Assembly: GCA_951406725.2 (NCBI GenBank)
Contig: OX597820.1
Span: forward strand, 102,548,001-102,612,000
Source of the DNA: Octopus vulgaris
Taxonomy: Eukaryota
Length of the DNA: 64,000 nt
Direction: 5' to 3'
Positions 1 through 13,410 of the stretch are shown here, piece after piece; position 1 is the stretch's first letter, and every line of letters starts with the position of its first letter. The position numbers and the translations under genes were made by a program. The notes below the pieces were generated by a model that was given only the letters and a program-made list of their open reading frames with translations, did no database searches and was not told the origin of the DNA.

Positions 1-6
1 AGAAAA

Positions 7-265
7 CAGCTTTGCTAAAGATAGACGTCAAATGACCCCGGAAGTTTAAATTTGACTTCTCTCCCGGTAAGCTTAACTGAAGATGGGATAAGAAAGTTTA
101 ATTCAGAGCCCGAAATCGGTATTAAGCTATCTTCTATTTCTTCTGCAGCCTTCGCAAAGGGAGGAGCCTAATTTTTATTCCTTGCCCGATTTTCACCATG
201 CTTGTTCGTAAAGTGAGCTCTCTGTAGCTTCCGAAGTCATTTGACTTCTATCTCTAGCAAAGCTG
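7..265. mobile_element. MITE-like element with ~38-bp terminal inverted repeats
   Basis: cagctttgctaaagatagacgtcaaatgaccccggaag (7-44) is the reverse complement of 228-265 with 4 mismatches; no ORF; TSD cannot be assessed at the window edge. Confidence 0.7.
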
Positions 266-404
266 GTACTCTTCCAGTACCATTATATTTTATATATATT
301 CAAGTTCTGAATATAAAATACCTCATGTCAGAAACGGTTGTCTAAACACCCGTAGGAACTGTAAGATAAGCGCAATGAACAAACTCTTTCAATTCAATCA
401 ATTA

Positions 405-1990
405 CACTGTATAACAGTGAAAAAAAAACAAGGGAAATGAGAATAACCTTATCTAGGGCTATTTTGTGTGTAGATCTCGAATACAACATCTGTTTCTTTC
501 GGTGACCCTCCAGTTTTTCGTAAAATACTATCTTACGCTAAATGCACTGATGATTCCGTAGGAATTGAATGGGCGGGATGTTACTAATGTATTTTCAACC
601 TAACGTATGAAAATTATAAAACTACACTCAATATTATACTTATATGGGTAAATTTGACAAGAAACCACACCTCATCACTCAACCTGAACTCAATGACCTA
701 GTTCGTGGTGTGGTACTTACGAAGTAACAGAGTGAAGCCCTAACCTCACATTTGCAACAATGGAACCTTTTGGATAAAGATGCTCGATCTGCAGCAACTC
801 TTCACTTTGGAAAAGAATATGACTTATTGTAATGATGTCAGAGACATATTCAATGTTATTGGGCTGTTCTATGAGCCGAATGAGTGGTGGTTATACATAG
901 ATGCATTCCTTTACAACATAAAAGCGATTCTGTTTCACATTAGGAACACCATGCATTCAGTTCCAATATGAGAATCTAGCTTTTAATCTAGACCGCATAA
1001 GTTACAAGCGGAATGAGTGGCTAATTTGTGCGGATTTGAAACTTGTAACTCTACTCAATGGGCTACAAACTGGATACACCAAGTTTACGTGCTTTTTTGC
1101 AAGTAGGACCAGATCAGAATATTACTTACGCTCAAAATGGCCTCCTCGGAAAACTATGACGCTTGGATACCATAATGTAAATCATGAGCTACTAGTTAAG
1201 AAGGAGAAAATGATTTTGCTATCACTGCATATAAAACTAGACCTAATGAAGCACCCCAAGTCGTTCTTACCTAAGATAAGTGATGCCAAGATTACAGAGA
1301 GCTTATTCGTAGGCCCTCAAATTCGTCAACTTACAGCTGATGGGGATTTCGAGGCGGCATTGGATGAAACCGAGCTGGCGACCGGCATGCATTCAAAGAT
1401 GTTTGCAAAAGACTTCTGGGAAAGCACCAAGTGGCTGAGCGAGAGAGTATAGTGGAGAGCCTAATCAAGTGCTATCAAGATCTCAGATGCAATTTGTCAC
1501 TGAAGATACACTTTCTTCATTCTCATCTTTCTTTTTCCCAGAGAATGCAGGATATGAGTAATGAACATGGAAAAATATTCCATCAAGATATAGAGTCAGT
1601 GGAAAACAGGTATTAGGGAAAAAGGAGCCCAGCTATATTGGCTGACTTATGCTGGAACCTGAAGTGTGAAACTTGAGACGTCTTATAAACGAAGAAGTAG
1701 ATGCTAAAATGTAGGTTAATACATTATATAATGCTAACAAGCATGCCGGTTCATTATATATTTATGAATTAATTACAATGGACATATTTAATCCGACTTT
1801 AGGAGCAAAATAAATTTATGGTATCGTGCAAATAAGTAGAGATTGCATAGTTGTTAAGACGGTAATTTACAAGAAAACGTGACGTGATAGGAAATTTGTT
1901 ATAAAATTTGAATTTAGCACAATAAACTTCATAAATAAATGTACATGAGAACTATGTTTTTTCCTTGACCCTGCAATTTGTTGTACAGTG
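405..1990 (+). mobile_element. Chapaev3-like (CMC superfamily) DNA transposon, decayed
   Basis: Termini CACTGTATAACA (405) and TGTTGTACAGTG (1990) form a 12-bp imperfect TIR; TTA flanks both sides (402-404, 1991-1993), matching the 3-bp TWA TSD recalled for Chapaev3; internal transposase fragments. Confidence 0.85.
655..1680 (+). pseudogene. Frameshifted Chapaev3-type transposase
   Basis: Fragments EWWLYIDA, GLQTGYTKFTCF, LHIKLDLMK, KITESLFVGPQIRQL, LSLKIHFLHSHL..SNEHGKIFHQDI are spread over three ORFs (780-971, 1036-1452, 1431-1616) broken by stops and frameshifts. Confidence 0.85.
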
Positions 1991-2294
1991 TTATAATTCG
2001 GTCTTTTCTCCATAAAACAGCTTTCTGTCCTAGATTAAAAGAAAACCTTTATTCGTTAGTTTTGTACTTATAGATGTGCAAGCGCTTTCAGTCCTTAACG
2101 TTTTCAAGCACGTTCTAAAAAGTTTGTTTTCTCAATCTTAACTCTCTGAGAAAAATATCTTCTCTCCACACACACACATATATATATATATACATACATA
2201 AAATAAAGATAAAAATCATGTTAATGACAAAAATCAAATGCTTGGACATTAATTCAGTATGGCGGAGATAAAGTTTTTTTGACTTTCTCTCAAA

Positions 2295-2313
2295 ATATTT
2301 ATATTTATATATA

Positions 2314-2355
<42 letters not shown>

Positions 2356-2366
2356 AAAGAAGGTTT

Positions 2367-2451
<85 letters not shown>

Positions 2452-2487
2452 CACTCACACACACAAACACACACACATATATATATT
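2295..2487. repeat. Compound (TA)n/(CA)n microsatellite
   Basis: Directly visible. Confidence 0.95.
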
Positions 2488-2488
2488 T

Positions 2489-2810
2489 GGCTCTGGCGTG
2501 GCTTTGTGGTAAGAAGTTTACTTCCCTGCCACATGGTTCAGGGTTCAGTTTCACTGCGTAGCACATTGGGCGAGTGTCTTCTACTATAGTCTCGAGCCGA
2601 ACAAAGCCTAGTGAGCGGATTCAGTTGAAATAAACTGAAAGAAGCCAGTCGTATATACACAACGGTGTTGGTTGTTTTGCGTCCCTGTAACTTAGCGTTT
2701 TGGCACAGAAACCTATTGACAAAAGGTGTTGAGTTCGTGACGTTCGACTAAAACGTCTTTCAGGACACATCCCAGAAATGTAGCGGTCTAATGACTGGAA
2801 CAAGTAAAAT
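2489..2810 (+). mobile_element. tRNA-derived SINE family A, diverged copy
   Basis: Head ggcgtggctttgtggtaag..ggttcagtttc (A/B-box-like), CORE-like ttgggcgagtgtctt, tail aatgactggaacaagtaaaa; homologous to 23332-23723 and 63536-63930. Confidence 0.85.
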
Positions 2811-3330
2811 ATCATATAAATATATAATTCCTATGTTAGATGTAACGTATCTCTCTTTATATATTTTCGATTTTCATGTTAGTATACAGCATCTAAATTA
2901 ATTTTCCATGTAAACTAAATCAAATGTTTTTCAAGATATACAGCGTTGCAAGTATGGCAAGTGTACAACAAAACGTATTTTGTATAGGTAATAGGATTTT
3001 TTTGATCGACTAAAGCTCAGCGGTACTACTTTGATGCCAATTCTTTGCAAATTTTACTGAAGGAATTACGATAATTAACTTCTGATGCGTTTAAAAATAG
3101 ATTTATTTGAAAATTGAATAAATGATAAACTGAATAAAGAAGAAACCATTTAAAATTATATTGATTGCATTCTCTCTTTCTTTCTCTCATTTTCTCTCTT
3201 TGTCTCTCTCACTCCCTCTCTTTCTCGTAGGAAGATTATATTGAACAAGAATATATAAACAACCTTAAGTTCATAGACTGGCAAACGTACACAAATAACG
3301 CATGCGCACTTGTACATATATGCACATCAA

Positions 3331-3685
3331 CATACACATAGATGCATACATAGTTGTATACCTACATGCACAATGGATAGCTACATAGATATATATGCGT
3401 CCATGCATACATTTATGTGTGTGTGTGCAGGTGTATATATTATTAAATCAGTGTTACAAGAGTGAAGACGAATAAACCACGATTTTTACACATACACACA
3501 CACACACACACACATTCTCTCATATGTTGATATACACATAAATGCATACATAGTTGTATACATACATGCACAATGCATAACTACAAAGATATATGCGTAC
3601 GTGCATACATTTGTGTGTGCATAAGTATATAATTAAATGGATGTTATACGAGTGAAGACGAGTAAAACAGACACATTCTCTCACT
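3331..3685. repeat. ~200-bp diverged tandem duplication
   Basis: atgcatacatagttgtata..tacatgcacaatg..gagtgaagacga..cacattctctca occurs at ~3331-3522 and ~3531-3683. Confidence 0.85.
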
Positions 3686-4337
3686 GATAATATATACTAT
3701 CAACGGTATAATTTACTTTATTACTTAAAAAAGCAAAACGAACCTATATATATATTTATATACATTGCTACACAGCAGGATGATTTGTTAGTGTGCACTA
3801 TTACAGACAAGCTATTTGGCAATTTTCATTACAGGCTTCCACCATGACGTTTACGTCAATAACATTCATCTTTCGCTCAGTCTGTTTCTCTGTAAATGCA
3901 TACAAAGTTTACAAACTTCAATTCACCATGAAATTCAGATAATTGATGTCCAGGATTACTCGATTTATAGAAATATTATTATTTCTAAATCTCTCTAAAG
4001 GAGACTACGGCAGCAGTACTGGGTATTAATATTTATCACCAAGCTAACTTGGCAGTCCAGAGAAATAGGACGAATGCTGCCGTTGATTAGCTCCATCGCC
4101 TCTAGCTAGCTATGTGACACACAAGTCTGCGACCATTACAACCTTCGATCATCAGCTTCCCCTAGCTGGTTCCATTACTCGATTTACATTCGAGAAAAAG
4201 TTTGTTATTCTCTTTAGGATTTGTATTTTTCAAAATAAGTAGCAGTCATGTATAAGTTCTAATTCAATTCACAGTACATTTTTTACACACAGCAGTAACT
4301 TGGTATTTAGATTAAAGAAACCAATGTATTAATGAAT

Positions 4338-4382
<45 letters not shown>

Positions 4383-4799
4383 TACACACACACACATGCA
4401 CACCAATGTATTCAGAAGAGCGTAAAACTAAGCATATTTAGATGGGCAGTGGACTAAATTACGTTCAATGATGGGCCAAACAGAATTGTTTGAATTCGCG
4501 CAACATCCCATGCCTGTTGACTTTGGAAATGAGAAGTGTCATGTTATTCCATGCTAAAGTTGTTTATTGTAAATTGAAATGGGTGGGTGGGGCGGGAGGA
4601 GTAGGCGAAAATAGGAAACGAACCTTGCCGTCGGTTTGGCTATTTAAATCTAATCTCCGATAACAAATTAAGGAATATAATCTATACCATCCTCACCACT
4701 CTTAAATGCTGAAAATGTGATAGCTTACGATTTGGTACAAGACTACATTTTATCGAGAAGTATAGAATTGAATATATTATTCTTCCTTTTTTCTTTCTC

Positions 4800-5020
4800 T
4801 TGTTGTTTTCAGCCATTGGACTGCGTCTATGATGAGGCACCATCTTCAAAGGCTTAAGTCAATCCTGTTAGCACCAGTGATTCGTTTCATAGCGCTCATT
4901 TTATTGATCGATTTTTATCTAATAGTTAAGTTTTCCAGTTCCACACGCTAGGCATTTGATTAAGGTGCCGCACAATGGGAGCGAATCAAAGACGATTGCG
5001 TGTGTTAACCAAACAGCCAG
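4800..5020 (-). mobile_element. Old SINE family A copy
   Basis: tttcagccattggactgcg..gcaccatctt.. and ggtgccgcacaatgggagcgaatc..cagcca resemble the reverse-strand family A. Confidence 0.55.
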
Positions 5021-5576
5021 ATTACTATATTAATGGTATTTAAAAAAACGGTGAAGTTGTTCACGGCAATGCAGTATTGAAATAATTCATTAGAACACTT
5101 GGTTTATTGCGAATTGAGGAATTTGAACAGAAATAATTAGTAAGTCATGTTTATTTGTGTCATTAAATTTCAAAACGAATTTAGAGCCAAAGATATCACC
5201 TAAGCAAGTCAATACCAGAATTAGCTGGTGAATAAAAACGAACTAGTCACTCATCCAATATATGAATAAAAATTAATGTAAGAAGAATCGCAAAGCTGTA
5301 ATTTACACCAGATAATATTATTTTCTATGCATAATTTATTCAGTCAGACGTGTATTCCTAAGTAATTATATTACACCTCAAGGAAGATATTCATAATTAA
5401 TATTCTGGACTGCTTACTTGAACGTTGCTATGTCTGTTGTTATTTAGTGTTGATAACCTAAATAGCAAATAACTCGCATGCAATGCACCCATATATGTTT
5501 TGCTAAGTCACAAAAAGATAGATACCATTTTAACATCATAATATGCTTTTCTAGAAATAATGAACACAACAGAGTG

Positions 5577-5787
<211 letters not shown>

Positions 5788-5812
5788 CGAAAAACTTGTA
5801 TTTCTTTCTACA

Positions 5813-6018
5813 ATAGGCACAAGACATGAAATTTTGGAAGAAGGAGCTAGTTGATTACATTGACCCAAGTGCTCTACTGGCACATTTTTTTTTATCAATC
5901 CACGAAAGATGAAAAGCTAAGTCGACCTGGACGAAATTTAATCTCAGAAAGTAAAGCCTAAAGAAATTTCGCTAACCGTTTTGTTAGGTGTGATAACGAC
6001 TCTGCCATCTAGCCGCCT
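5813..6018 (-). mobile_element. tRNA-derived SINE family B (Meta/MESC-domain-like body), diverged
   Basis: Reverse complement of ggcggcgagctggcaga..gaggtcgactttgcctttcatcc..gataaa..gtaccag. Confidence 0.8.
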
Positions 6019-6459
6019 TATTGAAAGCTGCTTGCATACTGTTATTTTACTAACAAGAAGTGTAAAAATAGGGTAAACTGGCGCTATGTTTAGCCTCCAT
6101 CACTGTTAAAATATGGACACTCCGGAGCAAGAATAGCACTTGGTAATATGTGTCGATGAGTAATTTGTATTCTTTTGCTGAGTAAAACACAATATATACG
6201 AATCAGTTTATTTACATCGAGATGTAAATAAATAGCATGCAACGTACCGTAGAAACCCTAAACGACAGATCACATGTTCAAACATGTGATTTGTATATAA
6301 ATAACTCGTCCATATTTAATTGTAGAGGGGTTATTCGTACGCAAGAAGAACGGTAACGGCTGATGACTGAAACAAGTAAAAGTAAATAAGGCCGTCGCAT
6401 ACACACACACACACAATTACACATACATAAACACACACACACACATATATATGCACATA

Positions 6460-6622
6460 TTCTACGGGCTTCTTTCAGTTTCCGTGTACCAAATATACAT
6501 ACGAAACTCGTTAGTTGGCCCGAGTCTACAATAAAAGATACCCAATGTGTCACGCACTGGAACTGAGTCCTGAACTATGTGGTTGGAAAGCAAACTTCTT
6601 ACCACATAATCACACTTGCACC
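6460..6622 (-). mobile_element. SINE family A 5' half
   Basis: tacgggcttctttcagtttccg..cacgcactggaactgag..atgtggttggaaagcaaacttcttaccaca. Confidence 0.8.
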
Positions 6623-6624
6623 TA

Positions 6625-6970
<346 letters not shown>

Positions 6971-7089
6971 GCATACATATGTGTATGTACATATACGTAG
7001 TGTGTGTGTGTATCTGTGTGTGTGTTTTATATTGAAAATACGACTATGTTCGTGTCTAACAATTATATTAAAGATTTTTAACATTCTTT

Positions 7090-8200
7090 TATGCTTAGTG
7101 TAGAAGATCAACCTTTGTATGTTCATTTAATGGCCTTCACAATCTTTTCCTTTGAAAGAAATGATAGCAATGAGATATTGCTGTTACCACGTATTAGTAG
7201 CAAGCTATCATTTTGCTCACCTCTTTTTGGAGCTGTTAGCGTGTTTGTGAATCTTTACCGCAACAATGTATTCTGAACTAAGCCTTTATTCTATATATTT
7301 GAAAAGGATAACTCACATGTTTCTTTGTAGTAGTAATTATCTCTTTATAATTCACTTTTGATTGAACAGAGCGTCCTTTCTAATTTTGACCAGTATACAG
7401 TAACAATAGATATTCTTGGTTACGGTATTGCTTTCGCCTTTCTTCACATTAACAAACTGATTGCTCTTATCGTTTTTGCATATATGATATTATCATCGTT
7501 ATGTAGATCTAGCAGAGCGAGTTTAAGTTCCCTGTAAAGTACATTTTGGCTCTTTTGTTTATATCTCTGTATATAATTACCTTCACACCTGATTAAATAT
7601 TGCAGTTCGGCGTCATGTCTCTTACATTTATCACTAAGTTGCTCGAGAGACTGGTAAAGTAATTCAAATTCGATTTTCTGCTTTGATCATACTTTCTATT
7701 AAGGTGGAAATAAGTGCCGAAATTGATCAGAGCTGAGTGTCTACTATGAAGTTAAATAATTTATCTTCTTGTGTAGGCAATAATATTTTGTCATCATAAA
7801 GACGGCTAAGCTTTTGTGTTTATTTTTTAGTTGAGAATTTATTGGTGATTTTCTTACATCCTACGTTGTAATGTGTATTTAATATTCCATTAGTCATCTC
7901 CGGCATTCGTATGCGCTTTGTTCGGTTTTAGCTGCTTCGTCCTACATGTTTGTTTTGGTATCATTTCAATACAGCTTTTATTTCAAACATATATCGAAAA
8001 CAACGATTACGTCAGCGTTTAATATTCTTTCGTTAATGATTTTTCATATTTCTTTTATCAATATTATTATGTTTAGTTTGGAGCATCAATATTTCAAAGT
8101 ACATTTTTAGGTTAGATCAACGCTCCTAAACCCATTAATGTTTCAAGAGCCTCACAAAAGTCTTGTCATCTTAATGAGGCGACTTTCATTGAAGGTTAAT
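7090..8200 (-). mobile_element. Possible very old LINE (RT) remnant
   Basis: Only weak reverse-strand motifs (IVKAIK*TYK, TAPKRG); many stops. Confidence 0.25.
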
Positions 8201-8760
8201 GACTGCTGTTGGTGTGTAGTGCTGAGGAGTAAAGTTACAGAAAGTCATAGTAATTGATGGAAACGTCGTTAACAGATTTTAAATTGTTCACTATCGTATT
8301 TTCCTACTAATAAAGATTCTATAGTTTTATACTAGATTTTATTTATTTATTCATTTATTTTTTTTTTGTAGAATTCTGCATAGTAGGGTAGTGTTAACTG
8401 CCTTATCGTTGGCTTCAAATTCAGCTGTTATATGGCGCCATACTGCAATATATTGTCATGCAACTTTGCAATACAGTACACACTGCTGTACATTATAATA
8501 CAATAAAAGAAACAAAATTAGATACAACGACAGTTTTCATCTGTCAAGCTCGAAAATTCAATTTTCTGTGATATTCACTCATGATATCTTGAAATTATTT
8601 CCCTTGTTCTTTCAGAGCCTCTAATATTTATCACTGGGCTTTTTTCATATCTTTCCAACTCGAAAGGGCAAATTTCATTTTGTTTAAAAATATTTTTATG
8701 TACGTCAGTCAGTACCACATCAACAGAATGAATTATCTAAATTCATGTGAACACCTCATG

Positions 8761-8886
<126 letters not shown>

Positions 8887-9578
8887 ATATCATGCAATTT
8901 ACTTTATTTATTTACAGCCTAATTTCTGGTCTATGATCCTTAAATAATGAATCTGTTTTGGGGAAATTTAAATAGATTTTACTTGTTCAAGAGGTGAAGA
9001 AATAATGCATTTTACCTCTATCTTCTCTGAAACATCTGCTTAAACAGATTTCCCTCATTTAAGGACCTATATATATATATTTAAGGACCTATATATATTA
9101 TATCAAATGTTGAGAAATAGTCACTATGTAGAAGACCGACACGAAAACTTACATTTAAAGGAAAAGATGGATATCTTAGCCTTATATATTAGTGTGTGGT
9201 AAGCTCTGTAGAAGAAAAGACAATTTCCCCAACCTGTCAAGTAAGCTATGCATCACTGATTTCCGATTGAAAAGCATTGTTTTATGCTTACTTCTAATGC
9301 GGTTAGAAACTACGGGGATATAAAATCCTATTTCTTCCCACAGAGAGAAAAACTGTTTATGTATCAGTAATTCCTATGGAGTTATAGAGTTATTTTTTAA
9401 CTGGTGTAACAGAACCGAAATGTCTAGTTTGGTCATATGCTGTTTGCAAACTACTGCCACATTTTCAAAGGAGATTAATATTTTAAATACCTACTGATCT
9501 CAAGTAATTTATTAATTGATTAATTTTTGCATTATGTAACCTTGACCATATGAACTCGTATTCTATGTAAGTTCATGT

Positions 9579-9680
9579 GTTAGTATGACCATAGAAGATC
9601 TGTGTGTGTGTGCGTGTGTATTTGTGTGTGTGAGACAGAGGGAGAGAAAGGGAAAGGGAGGGAGATCATATGCATATATG

Positions 9681-9741
<61 letters not shown>

Positions 9742-9803
9742 GCGTATGATCTCCCTCTCTCTCACACACACAAATACACACGCATGTATATATTACTAAT
9801 ATA
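9579..9803. repeat. Palindromic microsatellite-centred block, copy 1
   Basis: tgcgtgtgtatttgtgtgtgtgaga / tctcacacacacaaatacacacgca and gagggagatcatatgcatata / tatatgcgtatgatctccctc are inverted around a (TA)n centre. Confidence 0.9.
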
Positions 9804-10089
9804 GAATAAAGTTTTTTTACAGAAAACAATTTCATAAAAAAAGTGGCAGCATATTAAAATACCTTTAAAGGTTAAAGTTATAAACAAATTGGCTAGCTTT
9901 CCTCGATTTCAGCACAACGCATTTCTGTAGTGGGTATATAATAATATGTGGAAATTGAAGATTTAAAAGTCTGTGATCAGCATATTGGCATAGAAATAAT
10001 TTTCATTTGGCCTTGTTTATAAGTTGTATATTGCATTACTAATTTATTGAAACTTCTTCACCGTTCTCGTTCTGTTAGCGTTTCGGCGT

Positions 10090-10165
10090 GTTAGTATGAC
10101 CATAGAAGATCTGTGTGTGTGTGTGAGACAGAGGGAGAGAAAGTGAAAGGGAGGGAGATCATATG

Positions 10166-10242
<77 letters not shown>

Positions 10243-10308
10243 GCGTATGATCTCCCTCTCTCTCACACACACAAATACACACGCATGTATATATTACTAA
10301 TATATATA
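10090..10308. repeat. Palindromic block, copy 2, flanked by an 11-bp direct repeat
   Basis: Near-identical to 9579-9803; cgtttcggcgt at 10079-10089 and 10309-10319. Confidence 0.9.
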
Positions 10309-10480
10309 CGTTTCGGCGTTTCAGTCGAGTGTATTGGCATTAATGTGGTAACATCTGAAATGTTGTGGTATATGTTTGGCTGATGAAGATAGATCAAGTA
10401 TATGTGGGCAGGCATATCTTGAAAAATCTGAAACCGACGCCGGTCCCACATTATCCTTTTCTAGGTATTTCATCTTTCAG

Positions 10481-10495
10481 ATGTTCTCCCTGGAG
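10481..10495 (+). other. Candidate 15-nt microexon, or 3' end of a longer exon
   Basis: tatttcatctttcAG|atgttctccctggag|GTAAGA; no homology evidence. Confidence 0.3.
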
Positions 10496-10637
10496 GTAAG
10501 ACAATTTTTTTCAAGTTTGTTGCACTCACGCATTTTTGCTAGTACATACGCGGTGAAGCTATACATTAGCGTCGTATTATTACGTTCGCTATTTCCAGTA
10601 AATATCGGTACTTCGTTGTGCCATATATTTACTTCTT

Positions 10638-10700
<63 letters not shown>

Positions 10701-11928
10701 CACTTGTCTGTGCCTATGCACCTGTGTATGCATTATTGTATACATTTGTGTGTATGTATGCTTGTATGCATGTAGGAATGTATATATGTATTTATGAAAG
10801 ATTGAATATATGTATACGTTCAATATGTGTATGTATCAATCTGCATATTATCAACCCACAGGTGTATGTGTGTAAAGATTAATATCATTGCTTGCGTTTA
10901 TCAGGTTGTTTTCACTTACGCGTGCATATACATTAGAACGCAAATCTCTGTATATCTATATCAAACAGATCAAGCATGCTAAATTTATTTTCCTGATTAG
11001 CCGTGTTCTTTCAACTTTTGTGAAGCCCCGAAACTCAAGATTCGTTCTGAGGCAGCTAATTACAGATCCGAATGCTTCAATAATTATTACTACAAATTTA
11101 AAGCTAATATCTGGACGGTGAATGTGTAGATTTCTCATTAATTCGGCATATATATTTTATTTTCAATATATATTTTAATATCATGCTAAAACCTGCTAGC
11201 AAGTTGATTTTCCTAACGGGCTTCATGAATACGAATGGACAAATACCGACTGCTAGCAAGATACGAAAAAAATTATTTATCATAAAAGTAAAGTAAACAT
11301 CCAGTTATAACAAACTTTCGTTAATTTTGAACATTCGTTAATTTTATGTTTGCATGGAACATTAACAAATCGCAAATATTTGTATGCTATTATCATTTTT
11401 AATGCGCTTAATTAAAATAACTATACTTCACGCTACTGTTGACGGCACGAGGATACTAAAATACAACATTTGGTTGTTGGGGGAATTTTAAGAAAATAAA
11501 TTCTGATTGATATGTTTATATTTAAATGTAAAAAGAAACAAGTAAAATTTGCAAAGTAGTCAGCAGCTGTTACTTCGCTACTATTTTGTATTTTTCTCTC
11601 ACAACGAAAATTTTCACCCGAGGCATTTCTCACAAGCTGTGCCGGTCGCATATTGTTTGTCTCTTCTATTGCCGGAATAATTTGAACTTTGAATGAAAAT
11701 CTCTCGTTTTTAATCCAAATTTCAAATCACTGAAGGATTTGTATTCATTACTACAACAAATAGAGTCCTCAATAATGGAAATATTGATGGAATAATAACA
11801 AAGAAACCATGAAAGAATTAGATCTGTTAAAAGGTTACTATTAATTCCGACGCAGCTGTTTCTGTCTGCAACAATTTAAACTAACATTAAAAAACATAAG
11901 ATAACAATATTATTCTACATTTGCAAAA

Positions 11929-12385
11929 GGCGGCGAGCTGGTACAACCGTTAGCACAACGTGCGAAACGCTTGGCGGCATTTCGTTTCGTCCTTACGTTC
12001 TACGTGCAAATTCCGCCGAGGAATTTTATCGGGCTCGATAAAATAAGTACCAGTGAAATACTGGGGGCCGATGTAATCGACTAGTCCCCTGCCTCAAAAC
12101 TTCAGACCTTGTACCATTATTAGAAAGGATTGTTCTGCATTTGCATTTATATAAATTGCTAGTAGTGCTTATATGATTAAGACGGCGTGCTGGCAAAATC
12201 GTTAGCACACCGTGCAAAATCCTTAGTAGCATTTCGTTTCGTCCTTACATTCTGAGTTCAAATTCCGCTAAGGTCGACTTTGCCTTACGGGGGCAATAAA
12301 ATAAGTTGAGAACCGAGGTTGATGTAATCGACATACACATCGCCCAAATTAGTTGGTGGCCTTGTGCCAAAATTTGAAACCAATA
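11929..12385 (+). mobile_element. Two tandem SINE family B copies (11929-12135, 12181-12385)
   Basis: ggcggcgagctgg..gttagcac..aaattccgcc..gataaaataagtaccag. Confidence 0.9.
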
Positions 12386-12397
12386 TAATCTATGATT

Positions 12398-12657
12398 GTG
12401 GAGGCGCGTGGTTTAGTGGTTAGGGTGTCAGCATCATGATCGTAAGATTGTCGTTTCGATTCCTGGACCGGGCGACGCGTTGTCTTCTTGAGCAAAACAC
12501 TTCATTTCACGTTGCTCCAGTCCACTCAGCTGGCAAAAATGAGTAACGCTGCGATGGACTGGCGTCACATCCAGTTGGGGAACACATACGCCATAGAAAC
12601 CGGGAAACCAGGCCCATGAGTCTGGCTAGGTTTTAAAAGGGCGCATTTATTTTTTTT
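12398..12657 (+). mobile_element. tRNA-derived SINE family C with V-domain-like core, full length with TSD
   Basis: A box tggtttagtgg, B box gtttcgattcc, ttcttgagcaaaacact..ctgcgatggactggcgtcacatccag; TSD tataatctatgatt (12384-12397) / tataatatatgatt (12658-12671). Confidence 0.85.
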
Positions 12658-13294
12658 TATAATATATGATTAAAAAATAATGATTCTATAGCTGAATATA
12701 CACAGAATCGTTTAGACGAAGCATGGAATCTGATACTGAGAGTTTAACATATGAGATTGAATTTGATTGCGTGTAAAATGTATTATAATAAGTTTTAGGA
12801 TGAAAAGAAAAATAAATGTAAGATATACCTTGTAGTAATATTTTAAATATCTCTAATAGAGGGAACTAGGGCTTATTCACTCTTGCGTAAACAATATTTA
12901 CTATGTCAAGCGAAACGACATTACTAGGAAAATGAAGCAGGAAGATTCTAGAACAGAGCATTTTTTCCACCTTTAGAAGCTGGCATCAATAGCCGAGTAT
13001 AACAGCTATATGACAAGGTTTCTATAGTGGTAAACACTAAAGAAACCTTGCATATCGAGTTTACGACCTGATTTTGATTTACTTCAAACGGCAGTGAATA
13101 CAAACGCTACGAACTTCACAACTATCCCTCATAAAACGCAAAACCTATTATTACTCACTCCCTTACTCACCCCCCCCCAACATCAACAACAATCAAAACC
13201 AGCACCGCCGCTTCAGCCAGCGCCGCTACCGGTGCTTTCACCAGCACCATCACAGACGACTCCACTACCGTCGTCATAGCTGTTATCATTCACT

Positions 13295-13410
13295 AGCAGA
13301 ATCGATAGCACGCCGGACAAAATGCTTAGCGTCTTTATGTTCTGAGTTCATATCTTGCCTTTCATCCATTCGGGGTCGGTAGAATAAGTACCAGCTGAAC
13401 ACCAGGGTTT
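13295..13410 (+). mobile_element. SINE family B, internally deleted
   Basis: gcagaatcgatagcacgccgg..gcctttcatccattcggggtcggtagaataagtaccag. Confidence 0.8.

Noticed and set aside
547-575. CTGATGA-ttcc(gta)ggaa-ttgaa hammerhead-like string
   Set aside because: No GAAA, stem III or stem I; lies inside the Chapaev3-like element
12398-12475. tRNA-like sequences here and at 54545-54623, 57814-57890, 63855-63930
   Set aside because: They are SINE heads with bodies and tails and lack proper acceptor stems, so they are not tRNA genes
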